Translations under genes and position numbers: made by a program
Shown: piece by piece, positions 14,475 through 22,578 of the stretch
Numbering within the stretch: the stretch's first letter is position 1
Layout: each line of letters opens with the position of its first letter
The notes under the pieces: model-generated
What the model was told of the DNA's origin: nothing
What the model saw: only the letters and a program-made list of their open reading frames with translations
Database searches by the model: none
Virus record (IMG/VR): IMGVR_UViG_3300045988_020086
Length of the DNA: 50,115 nt
DNA from: a virus
Direction: 5' to 3' (one strand)

Positions 14475-16398
14475 CCTCCGATTTTTGGAACACAACAGGC
14501 AGGTGCCCATGTGTTTGTGCGCGGAGTGTTCCTGTTACATTCACAGAAACGTCCATATTCTTCCCGCCTTGGTCGTTCAGCACCAGCGATTCCATCAGCC
14601 TTTGATCCTGTACGACGGCGGTTTTATTTCCGCCTGCCCCAGTCATCAGGGTCGGGCTGCATTCTTCTGAATAGCCGATTCCGCCAGAATTTCCAAGGTC
14701 AAACCCGGCAGCACGTTGGATCAGGCTTTGGTCTTGGCGTGTCGCCAGCGTCGCGGAAAGTTCCGTCTGCACCAGCGGACCTTTGCCGCCGCCCTCACAG
14801 CCTTGCCGGATTTTCAGGGTGTAGGCTCGTTCTGCCCCCCCCCCCTCGGAGCTTTCCTGCTTCCACCATGCGATCATGCCATGAATAGCAGTCAGGAGCA
14901 AGGCAGGCAACGGTCTGCCCCCCCTCCTGGAGGCGCGGTCTAAAATGCCATTCAGTGCCGTCATGCTCAAAAGCGACCATCGTGGCGGATTCTCCACGAG
15001 TATCGCAGACAGCATATATTCTTCGGCGACGGTGGGGGATTCCCCAATATTGAGCGTTGACAATTCGATAGGCAACAGCTCCGTAGGACACAGCCTTTGC
15101 CCATTTTCCATGCTGGCAAATAGGCTTATCTGTTCCACCTCCGGCAAAATCTCGGAGGTGCAAAAGCTCGTTGAGAACAATTTCAAAATCCTTTCCGCCA
15201 TGCGACGACAGCGCACCCGGCACATTTTCCCAAATGACAAAGCGCGGATACCTTCCGCCTGTAGCAGACAGCATTTCCCGGATGACCCGGATTGCTTCAT
15301 AGAACAGGCAGCTTCGGTCGCCGCCCAGTCCTTTGCGCTTTCCCGCAATGCTCAGGTCTTGGCAAGGAGAGCCGAAAGTGATGATGTCCACCGGCTCGAT
15401 CTGACCGCCTTTGATGTCCGTTATGCTGCCGAGGTGTTGCATCTCCGGCAGGTGTGTTTTGGTAACGGCAATAGGGTAAGGCTCCACTTCGCTTGCCCAT
15501 ACAGCCCGCCCGCCGCACATCACAGCACACAGTGGCATGGTCCCGCTTCCATCGAACAGGCTACCCAGCTTTACCTCCGCCGCAGGCTTCCCCAATTCCC
15601 GGAAAGCATTTTGGACGAAGAACAGGGCATTCGGCAAGGCCATTCCGTTGCCCCACATGGAATACTCCGCCGACGGACTGTGCAGCTCGTCGTGCCATCT
15701 CTTCACTGCGGCATCGCTTCTGGCTCCATCCGCCCGGGCAATAATCTTCTTCGGTTTCTGCCCTTTGATCTTGCAATTTCTCAGGTACACTTCCCGCCAG
15801 AACTTGGTTTCTTCTGCGTCCGTCAGCGGTGCGATTTCTCCCCAGCCATCTGGAAAACCCTGTAGCCGCCCGCATTCCATCGGCAACAGGCGGCGCACGA
15901 TCCATTCCGGCAGGCGCGGCACATCCGGCTGAATGACCGGGTTGATGTAATTCAAACTCCATCCCCCTGATTCTTTCGCTTGGAGCGTTCCGCTCACTGT
16001 ACCGTTCAGGCGGCTGTTTCTGGCATCGTAGGCCACCGCATGACGATCTTGTGTGTTCAGCGTGAACGAAGCATTCTCTCGGACACCACTTCCATTTTGG
16101 TTTGTGTTTCGGTCAACGAAGTTCCCAGCAAGGCAGAACGAGTTGTAGCCTACAATGGTTCTGTCCCTGTCCCGGCTCAGTGTCGGTGCGGTGTTCATCA
16201 GGCGTTCGGCGTTGGTCTGGGTGGATGCAATGCAGCACACGTCTTTCTCACCGTTCACGCCGCTGCCCCCCCCCCTCGAACCAGAATGGCCTGCGACCGC
16301 ATGGTGCTGGCGGTGTGCATCAGCGAAGGAGCTACGCCGTCCGCATCGTATACCCGTTTTCCCTGCGGGAAGTCCTGGGTCAAGCATTTAATCTCCAT
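14455..16398 (-). CDS. C5-cytosine DNA methyltransferase with permuted motif order, interrupted at two G tracts as assembled
   Basis: ATG at 16398 after AGAGGA. Motifs in this order: ECGRLQGFPDGW (IX), GNGMALP (X), LFDGSG (I), GSPCQDLS (IV), ENV (VI), QYWGIPHRRRRIY (VIII), then TL-type target-recognition segments. Total span is 1944 nt (a multiple of 3). Confidence 0.8.
14835..14845 (-). repeat. Homopolymer G11 in the C5-MTase (core / C-terminal module junction)
   Basis: Read directly from the sequence; G10 would join ..KLRGGG to AERAYTLKIRQ.. Confidence 0.95.
16266..16275 (-). repeat. Homopolymer G10 in the C5-MTase (after codon 44)
   Basis: Read directly from the sequence; G11 would join ..ILVRGGG to GSGVNGEKD.. 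Confidence 0.95.
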
Positions 16399-16416
16399 GG
16401 TTTTCCTCTTTTCTTG

Positions 16417-16490
16417 TGCGAACGGTCGGCATCGAACCGACCCGTCTGTTGATGATGGGGAATCGGAAACAGGCGGCACCTTGCGCTCGC
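16417..16490 (-). ncRNA. tRNA-like element (acceptor-like stem plus canonical T-arm; no full cloverleaf)
   Basis: 5' GCGAGCG pairs with 3' CGTTCGC (one G-U pair). T-arm GTCGG-TTCGATG-CCGAC. 74 nt long. The 3' end lies 18 nt upstream of the MTase ATG. Confidence 0.35.
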
Positions 16491-16828
16491 ATATCAGACC
16501 CGCTCCGTAAGAGAGGTACAGAGCGGGGCGGCCACTACAATGGCCTGTTGCTTTTGGCCTGAGCAAGTTGAACAGGGTGTTTCTACGCTCACACTGCGGC
16601 GCACCCGTTCCCGTCATATCCATGCGGGTGCGGCTTCGGCAAGAACGGCAGCCCGGTTTTGCATCGGGCTTGAACGGAAAGGAGGACGCTGCTGTACAGC
16701 ACCGCTCCGCCGTGCCGGGTGGCTGACTTCATGGCCGTGCTCGGCTTTCATGGAAAGCATTAAGCAGGCGCAGGCGGGGTCCGGCCCCGCTCACGGTGTC
16801 CCTGTACCAGAAAGGCACCCCGCGCCAC

Positions 16829-16864
16829 ATAAAAAGCAGCCCCGCTTCTGCGGGCAGGGCTGCC
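16829..16864 (-). terminator. Intrinsic terminator
   Basis: GCAGCCCTGCCCGC-AGAA-GCGGGGCTGC followed by TTTTTAT on the - strand. Confidence 0.7.
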
Positions 16865-16943
16865 TATCGTTCTACCGGGGACAATGCTTTGTATCAGCAG
16901 CATCGTTTCCCTCATAGTGCTTGCACTCCACGTCGTAACCACT

Positions 16944-17381
16944 TCACGGGGCGCAGTGAGCGGCAGTGATTTTGAATGTATGCTTGCACTGTTCTACGTC
17001 ATTCTTCTTCGTGCCCCTGTGCGGGGCGATTCCGATATGTGCGCTCCTCGCCAAACTCTTGACCCTCCTTGCTTTATGTAGGTAACTGCACCGTCCAAGT
17101 GGGGACGTGTTGCAGCGTTTGTCCTGCACCACTTCCCAGTGCTCCGGCGGGTTGAAGTTTATCCGCCGCCGAGGTTTCAACCACCCTTCGAGGAAGTAAG
17201 GATCGCTGCCCCATTCTATAGCTGTTTCATCCGCCCATTCCATCAGCTTTTTCACCGATTCCGGCAGTTCAAAGCTCCCGTCCCATAGGGTTCCGTCAGC
17301 TTCTGTGACATCCGGCATCTCCGCAGGTATCTCTATTCGCTCACCGCTCGGAAGTTCAAGATAGGCGGCACACCCGCTCAC
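16944..17381 (-). CDS. Hypothetical protein (145 aa)
   Basis: GTG start 7 nt after GGAGG, with a GTGA overlap on the HD-protein stop. Confidence 0.5.
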   Translation of the reverse strand: MSGCAAYLELPSGERIEIPAEMPDVTEADGTLWDGSFELPESVKKLMEWADETAIEWGSDPYFLEGWLKPRRRINFNPPEHWEVVQDKRCNTSPLGRCSYLHKARRVKSLARSAHIGIAPHRGTKKNDVEQCKHTFKITAAHCAP

Positions 17382-17950
17382 TTTTCTACCTCCATAATGT
17401 GCGTGGCAATCATATCCGCCATGTGAACGCACAGAGCCTCTGGGCAGCTGTCATATACTTTGCTCAGGGTATCCCAGTCCTGCTGCCCGGTGTAGGCACC
17501 CATGTGCCAGCGGATCGCCAGCGTCTCTTTTTCCGTGAGATACATCCAGTGCTGAATCAGGATGACCGATTCTTCACCATGCCCCAGCATCCGGGTGTCT
17601 CTGTACCGATACCCTCCCTCCGGCTTTGCAATGTACTTCCCAGCCTTGCAGACATCGTGCAGCAGGGCGGCAGTCAGCACAGCGTTCTTATCGCACTGTG
17701 CGAACCGTTCCGCCTCGCACAGTTCCATTGCAGCTTTCGCCACATTGAGGGAGTGGATCAGCAGACCGCCCGGTACATTCAGGTGATGATTTGCGCTGGC
17801 CGGGCTGTTGAAAAAGCCAATTTCGTCAAGCACTCGCCACATCACCATGCTACCAGGTCTCTTCCCGACCGCCTCAATAAACATCTGCTTGTACTGTTCT
17901 TTCGGGGAATATACGCCTTGTCCTTCCATGCCGTGTTCCTCCGAAATCAA
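17378..17950 (-). CDS. HD-domain phosphohydrolase
   Basis: HHLNVPGGLLIHS...LLHDVCK...GHGE motifs; ATGA overlap at the start. Confidence 0.75.
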   Translation of the reverse strand: MISEEHGMEGQGVYSPKEQYKQMFIEAVGKRPGSMVMWRVLDEIGFFNSPASANHHLNVPGGLLIHSLNVAKAAMELCEAERFAQCDKNAVLTAALLHDVCKAGKYIAKPEGGYRYRDTRMLGHGEESVILIQHWMYLTEKETLAIRWHMGAYTGQQDWDTLSKVYDSCPEALCVHMADMIATHIMEVEK

Positions 17951-18246
17951 GCCTTGCCCAGAGGTGTGGCAGGCAGATCAGCGGGACCAATAGCCTTGAA
18001 GTCTTCCGGGTTGATTTCCTGGGTAGGATGCTCCAACGCCTGATCGAGTGCTGCATCCAGCCCGATCTTCACATCCTGCAGCAGCTTTTCGGCCTCCTTC
18101 ACGTCATTGCCGCAAGCCGCAGCAACAATGTTCGCTGTCGCTGCAACGGCAAGGTTCACCAGCGTTTCATCGTCACCATGCGCCCACAGGTCAACATGGT
18201 TGTTTTCCAGTTCTACGGAAAAGCCAATTTTCTTTTCGTCGTTCAT
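17947..18246 (-). CDS. Hypothetical acidic protein (99 aa)
   Basis: Start MNDEKK after AAAGGA; the track ORF extends into a non-coding GC-rich leader. Confidence 0.55.
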   Translation of the reverse strand: MNDEKKIGFSVELENNHVDLWAHGDDETLVNLAVAATANIVAAACGNDVKEAEKLLQDVKIGLDAALDQALEHPTQEINPEDFKAIGPADLPATPLGKA

Positions 18247-18515
18247 ATCGTAGTCCTTTCTTTGGTGGGTGGATGTTCGGTCTTTGGCGGTACGCCCCGG
18301 GGTTAGTACCGGGCGGAAGGGAATGCACCCCTCCTGCACTGGCCGTACCAGATAAAAAGGCGGCATCGGACAGGTAGCCGTCACCCATGCGGGCTGCCCC
18401 GCTGTATTCTTTCTGCCCCCAGCAGGTAGGGCCCCGGCCTTGCGGTAGCCGGGCGGCCGCCCCCTAGATAGACTAGCCGCATGGTGGGCGGGTAGGTCTG
18501 CCCATGCCCGGAAGC

Positions 18516-18686
18516 TCACTCTTTAACGTGTTCTTCCTGTTTCATCTTGTCTATGTACTTCTGCGCCAGATCGTGAATCTGCTCTTTGAACACTGCCCGC
18601 TTACGGCGTTCCAGCAGCTCAAAGATTCCGGCGCAGGCAATCACCGTAATAATCCCAGCCATCACGATTTCCTTGATCCATGCCAT
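18516..18686 (-). CDS. Small membrane protein (56 aa), absent from the ORF track
   Basis: MAWIKEIVMAGIITVIACAGIFELLERRKR..., translated by hand from the - strand. Confidence 0.4.
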   Translation of the reverse strand: MAWIKEIVMAGIITVIACAGIFELLERRKRAVFKEQIHDLAQKYIDKMKQEEHVKE

Positions 18687-18916
18687 TTGTATAAATTCTC
18701 CCGGGTCTTATCCAACATATCCCGTCTGTGATTCGCCACCATCTTCCAGTAATGCGCCTCCTTGGACACCTCAAGAAATGCTTCCTCAGCTTCCTTTTTG
18801 GCGTAGTGGTTCAGGATGCCCCACAAAAGAAAAAGAGCCGTCGCCACATCTGTCGCAATCCTCACCGCCAGATCAGGGGTGCCGATGTGATATAGCCAGA
18901 TTGCAAGTTCAAGCAT
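18662..18916 (-). CDS. Small membrane protein (84 aa)
   Basis: Two hydrophobic segments; ATG start. Confidence 0.5.
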   Translation of the reverse strand: MLELAIWLYHIGTPDLAVRIATDVATALFLLWGILNHYAKKEAEEAFLEVSKEAHYWKMVANHRRDMLDKTRENLYKWHGSRKS

Positions 18917-18920
18917 TTTT

Positions 18921-19625
18921 CTACCTCATGTGAAATAAGCTGGTTTGGTTCGTGTAATTCGCAAAGCGTTCTTCCTGCGTCTTGAAATAGAACGGGTCGA
19001 TTTCAAAGCCGATAAAGTCAACACCCGCTTCATAGGCGGCAATTCTGCTGTTGCCACTTCCGAGGTGAGTATCAAGAACTTTCTGTCCAGGCTTTGCGAA
19101 ATTCTGAAAAATCCAGTCATACAGAACAATCGGCTTCTGCGTTGGGTGAACTCGTACTTCATTCAGGCTTTTGTTTCCCTGCATGATATGCCCTTCGGAA
19201 ATGCTCTTGCCCTGCATCATCCCGCTCCACATATAGCGGAATAGTCTGACCGTCTTGAGTAGGTCTGTTGCCGCAATCTCGCAGTCGGAAAAACTTGTTG
19301 CTTGGTTGCACTTATCCCATACGATACGCCCCGGAGCAAAGCCATAGCTGAAATAGTTGCAGCCCCATATAATATAGTGTCGGCTCACTCGCATCAGTTC
19401 GTCGAAATACTCTTTTCCCGGCACTTCCCATGCGGGAGATACTGGGTAATCCCGATGCACTCCGATCCGGCTGACCTTTGATCCATAGAAGCCGCGACGT
19501 TCTGGTCCGCTGAAATAAGGCGGGTCTACCACAGCGAGATCAAAATAGTCATTCGGAAATGCAGCCATTGCTTCCATGCAGTCCATGTTGTAGCAATGAT
19601 TCAATTCAAACGTCTGCGCCGTCAT
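18921..19625 (-). CDS. Beta-class N6-adenine/N4-cytosine DNA methyltransferase (N6_N4_Mtase-like)
   Basis: DPPY motif (VVDPPYF) precedes the C-terminal SAM motif LDTHLGSGNS. Confidence 0.8.
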   Translation of the reverse strand: MTAQTFELNHCYNMDCMEAMAAFPNDYFDLAVVDPPYFSGPERRGFYGSKVSRIGVHRDYPVSPAWEVPGKEYFDELMRVSRHYIIWGCNYFSYGFAPGRIVWDKCNQATSFSDCEIAATDLLKTVRLFRYMWSGMMQGKSISEGHIMQGNKSLNEVRVHPTQKPIVLYDWIFQNFAKPGQKVLDTHLGSGNSRIAAYEAGVDFIGFEIDPFYFKTQEERFANYTNQTSLFHMR

Positions 19626-19879
19626 TCTTTCAGCCCTCCGGGGTATTCCGCCCGATACCGTAACCGCTGCTTTGCATTGTAGAGCCGCATCTGCCCCAGT
19701 TCTGCGCTGTAGCCCGCACGTCCGTTGCTGTCAATCTCGCCGGTGTCGCCACGCTGCAGCTCTCTGTAAATAGTGGACCAGTTAAACGACATGGCACGGG
19801 CGATTCCCGTGATGCTCTGGCCGTTGTTATATCTGGCTTCCAAAACCTTGCGGTCTTCCAGCGTCATGTGCCTTGCCAC
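19622..19879 (-). CDS. Stand-alone IS30-N-terminal-like HTH protein; start uncertain
   Basis: LEDRKVLEARYNNGQSITGIARAMSFNWSTIYRELQRG parallels the HTH of IS30 transposases. GTG start after AGGGAG. The stop overlaps the MTase start. Confidence 0.5.
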   Translation of the reverse strand: MARHMTLEDRKVLEARYNNGQSITGIARAMSFNWSTIYRELQRGDTGEIDSNGRAGYSAELGQMRLYNAKQRLRYRAEYPGGLKE

Positions 19880-19910
19880 TTCTTTCTCCCTCTCTTCCTG
19901 AAAAATGCGC

Positions 19911-19952
19911 AAAAAAATAACGCAAGAGAATCCGCTTGATTTCTCTTGCGTT
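19911..19952 (-). terminator. Strong intrinsic terminator
   Basis: 12-bp stem AACGCAAGAGAA/TTCTCTTGCGTT followed by ATTTTTTT on the - strand. Confidence 0.7.
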
Positions 19953-20019
19953 TTCTCTTGCGTTTATTTTACAATCTCAGTTCCGATAAATCAATCACTA
20001 AGTTCAACAAATTTTCGCC

Positions 20020-21310
20020 TGATTTTTTGTGTATTTTAGCGCAACACAAACAGGCCGTCAAGTTTTGCTTCCTTGCAGCCTCTTTCATTCGTTCAGTTTT
20101 ACCAATCCTTTCTTCCCACCCCGCCTTTCCAGCTATGCGCTCGCTCTCTTATATAATGGTTACTTTACTTTTCGTTATGCGGTCAGCCCCAGTTCCCGCA
20201 GGCATTGGCGGAACATGGTCGCCGCACTCTTATACCCGTGAATCTTCCGGGGGTAGTTGTTGATCCAGTTCTCCGTAGCTGCGATTTCTTCCTGGGTCAC
20301 ATTGGCAAAGTTCGTTCCTTTGGGATGACGTCTGCGAATCATGCCATTCACATTCTCATTGCTGCCCCGCTCCCAAGAGGAATACGGGTGGCAGTAGTAC
20401 ACCTTCGTCCGCTGGCCGTCGATCAGGCAGGAACGCTCGATCTCGTCCGCCATTGCGAACTCGGTTCCGTTGTCCACAGTGATGCTCTTATATATAGTGC
20501 CGAACTTCTCTGCGCCAAGCTTCCGTTCTATGGCATCCAGTGCCCGCACGGTCGTTTCCGCACGGCGGTTCGGAACAAGGATGATCTTCTCATTCCTGGT
20601 CTTGCGCTCGGTCAGTACCAGCAATGCCGCGGTGCTTTTCTTTTTGCCGGAGTATACCGTGTCCATTTCCCAGTGTCCAAATTCTTCCCGGCTCTGGATT
20701 TCTTCCGGGCGTTTATCAATGCTTTCTCCTGCCGGCGCACGGGCAGGTTCCTTCTTCTTCACCTTTTTATATTCGTTCTTATGTACGCCATGCCTGGGCA
20801 AAGCTACCTGTGTCAGGTTCAGAAACACGCCTTTCTTGATGTAGCTGTAAATGGTAGGAACGGAGATGTGGGTCTTGAATGTCCGTCCTTCTTCCATTGC
20901 ATAGCCATACACTGCCGCCGGGGAGCAGTCTTTCTCTATAATAGTCTGTTCGATATAAGCTGCCAACTCATGGTCCTTTCCGATTTTAAGGTCCGGTCCT
21001 TTTTCTCGGAGGTTTGCTTGATACCTCTGTTCCGCTATATCTGGGCTGTACGTCGGGATTATCTCCCATGTTTTGCCGTCCAGCCTGTCATAGCTGCCCC
21101 GTTTTAGTTCCCGGTATACCGTCGAAGGATCAACACGCAACTTTTCCGCTATCTCTCGTGTCCTCATTCCTTCCTTTTTCCACTTCTCAATGCGAAGACG
21201 GTCCGTAAAGTTTAGGTGTTTGAACACTCTCACGCCCTGTTCCTCCTTTCAATTCTGGCGTTTCTTTGCATTTCAAGCGTAAAAGATACGATGTGCTGTT
21301 GTCAATATGC
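20020..21310 (-). mobile_element. IS30-family insertion sequence (ends approximate)
   Basis: Single transposase ORF in a lower-GC segment lying between two terminators. Terminal inverted repeats are only tentatively seen (near 20028-20045 and 21285-21300). Confidence 0.6.
20175..21233 (-). CDS. IS30-family transposase
   Basis: N-terminal HTH (REIAEKLRVDPSTVYRELKRG) plus DDE core (WEMDTV...VDNGTEF...NENVNGMIRR). Confidence 0.9.
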   Translation of the reverse strand: MRVFKHLNFTDRLRIEKWKKEGMRTREIAEKLRVDPSTVYRELKRGSYDRLDGKTWEIIPTYSPDIAEQRYQANLREKGPDLKIGKDHELAAYIEQTIIEKDCSPAAVYGYAMEEGRTFKTHISVPTIYSYIKKGVFLNLTQVALPRHGVHKNEYKKVKKKEPARAPAGESIDKRPEEIQSREEFGHWEMDTVYSGKKKSTAALLVLTERKTRNEKIILVPNRRAETTVRALDAIERKLGAEKFGTIYKSITVDNGTEFAMADEIERSCLIDGQRTKVYYCHPYSSWERGSNENVNGMIRRRHPKGTNFANVTQEEIAATENWINNYPRKIHGYKSAATMFRQCLRELGLTA

Positions 21311-21354
21311 AGACTTTCCACATTTTTCACTGTTCCTTTGTGCAAAACTTCCAG

Positions 21355-21406
21355 GCAAAGAAAAAAGCCCCCGCCAGCAACCCTAAAACAGGCTGCCAGC
21401 GGGGGC
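21355..21406 (-). terminator. Late-operon terminator after the lysis genes
   Basis: 12-bp GC stem GCCCCCGCTGGC.../...GCTGGCGGGGGC followed by TTTTTTCTTTG on the - strand. Confidence 0.75.
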
Positions 21407-21481
21407 AGATTGCCCCGCTTTTCCTACATCAATACCCCGCGTGGAACGCAGGGCTTCAGGAAAAGCAGAGCCGTGGTCTTA

Positions 21482-21745
21482 TTACAGCTGGTTCTTGTAC
21501 CGCTTCAAATCCTCGTCGGCTTTCAGTGCCGCTTTGGTGAAGCTGTTATTGAACCAAAAGCCGGGGATCGCCGCGGCGATGGTGAATCCAGCGGACACCA
21601 GCTGTTCAATGGTGCTGTTCTCAATGGGCAGGATGGGCTTTCCCATCGCAGAGAGCAGCTGGTTTGCCAGTGCCACCGCGAGGCAGATGGTGCGGGTAAC
21701 AGTGCCGGCGGAAACAGTCTTCTCGGTGTAGATATGAGCGTTCAT
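21482..21745 (-). CDS. Holin, SPP1/XhlB family
   Basis: TRTICLAVALANQLL...FWFNNSFTKAALKAD signature. Confidence 0.8.
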   Translation of the reverse strand: MNAHIYTEKTVSAGTVTRTICLAVALANQLLSAMGKPILPIENSTIEQLVSAGFTIAAAIPGFWFNNSFTKAALKADEDLKRYKNQL

Positions 21746-21748
21746 AAT

Positions 21749-22189
21749 TCAGTTCTCCTTACTGTCCTGTTCGGACTTCTGCTTCAAAATTTCAATAGCC
21801 CCGGTCAACGCCTTTGGGATGGGAATACCCATCAGACCAGCGTTTTCGATGATCGACAAGGTTTCGTTTGCGATAAAGGCAATGACAACGGCGTCCCTGA
21901 TAAAATTCGATCCCATCACCGTATCGAGGTGGCAAGCCACCAACACGATCAGCAGGGTCACACCTTTACGGCACAGCCCTTTCCATCCTGCCCGAGATTC
22001 CAACGCACCGTTTTTGCTCTTGGGGCTGGCATGAAACACACCGGCGACCACCAGCCCCGTGACATAATCCACGGCCATAAAAAGAACCAGCGTGGAAAGT
22101 GCTGCATCCCATCCGCCGAACTGACTTGCGATCAGGCTTCCAACCAGTCCAATCATCCCGCACACTCCATTCTTTACTGCGTCACCCAT
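21749..22189 (-). CDS. Holin, phage_holin_4_1 (TcdE-like) family
   Basis: GGWDAAL..LFMAVDYVTG...IANETLSIIENAGLMGIPIP. Confidence 0.85.
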   Translation of the reverse strand: MGDAVKNGVCGMIGLVGSLIASQFGGWDAALSTLVLFMAVDYVTGLVVAGVFHASPKSKNGALESRAGWKGLCRKGVTLLIVLVACHLDTVMGSNFIRDAVVIAFIANETLSIIENAGLMGIPIPKALTGAIEILKQKSEQDSKEN

Positions 22190-22578
22190 CTGGATTTCAC
22201 CTCCCGTACATCAACGTGAACGAAACCGTCCGTGTAGTACCGACCAATGCCGCCCTTGCCGGGCAGCAGAGTTTCGGCATAAGCGGCCAGTGCGTCAACC
22301 GAAACACCAGCGATCCAGATGTCAGCCGCTTTGCCATAAAGGTGCTGGCTGTGCTTGGATGCTTTCTTCTGCCTTGCGTTGTGGCTGGCGGTGCGGAAAG
22401 CACTATTGATATTCACCGCCTTACCGAAGTGATCCCGGATTTTCTGCAGCAGGGTCACAAGCTCGTCGTCGATAAAGATCGGGTCGCTGTGGTCCTTACA
22501 CTGAAACTCCCGGACGTGAAAGTTCTTGCTCAGAGCTTTGCTCCCGTCCTTTGCATAGGAATAGGCTTTAATCGCCAT
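22174..22578 (-). CDS. Endolysin, peptidase M15A-like (zinc D-Ala-D-Ala carboxypeptidase fold)
   Basis: SAFRT..HN...SQHLYGKAADI...FVHVD motifs; start MAIKAY after GGAAGGAG. Confidence 0.8.
   Translation of the reverse strand: MAIKAYSYAKDGSKALSKNFHVREFQCKDHSDPIFIDDELVTLLQKIRDHFGKAVNINSAFRTASHNARQKKASKHSQHLYGKAADIWIAGVSVDALAAYAETLLPGKGGIGRYYTDGFVHVDVREVKSRWVTQ

Noticed and set aside
16417-16490. Canonical tRNA gene.
   Set aside because: Only the acceptor-like stem, the T-arm and one 5-bp stem can be drawn. The would-be anticodon loop is 17 nt and no D-arm forms. It is kept only as a low-confidence tRNA-like element.
16399-16943. Possible phage tmRNA, suggested by a long structured RNA ending in a T-arm plus acceptor, with a GCCTGCTTAATGC string resembling a tag end.
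   Set aside because: The acceptor stem has G3-C70 rather than the G3-U70 alanine identity pair. There is no GGGG 5' end, no CCA, and no convincing resume codon or tag frame.
18247-18515. Cobalamin or another known riboswitch in the GC-rich gap.
   Set aside because: Only one short B12-box-like string was seen and the other conserved cores are missing. A covariance-model search would be needed before any such call.
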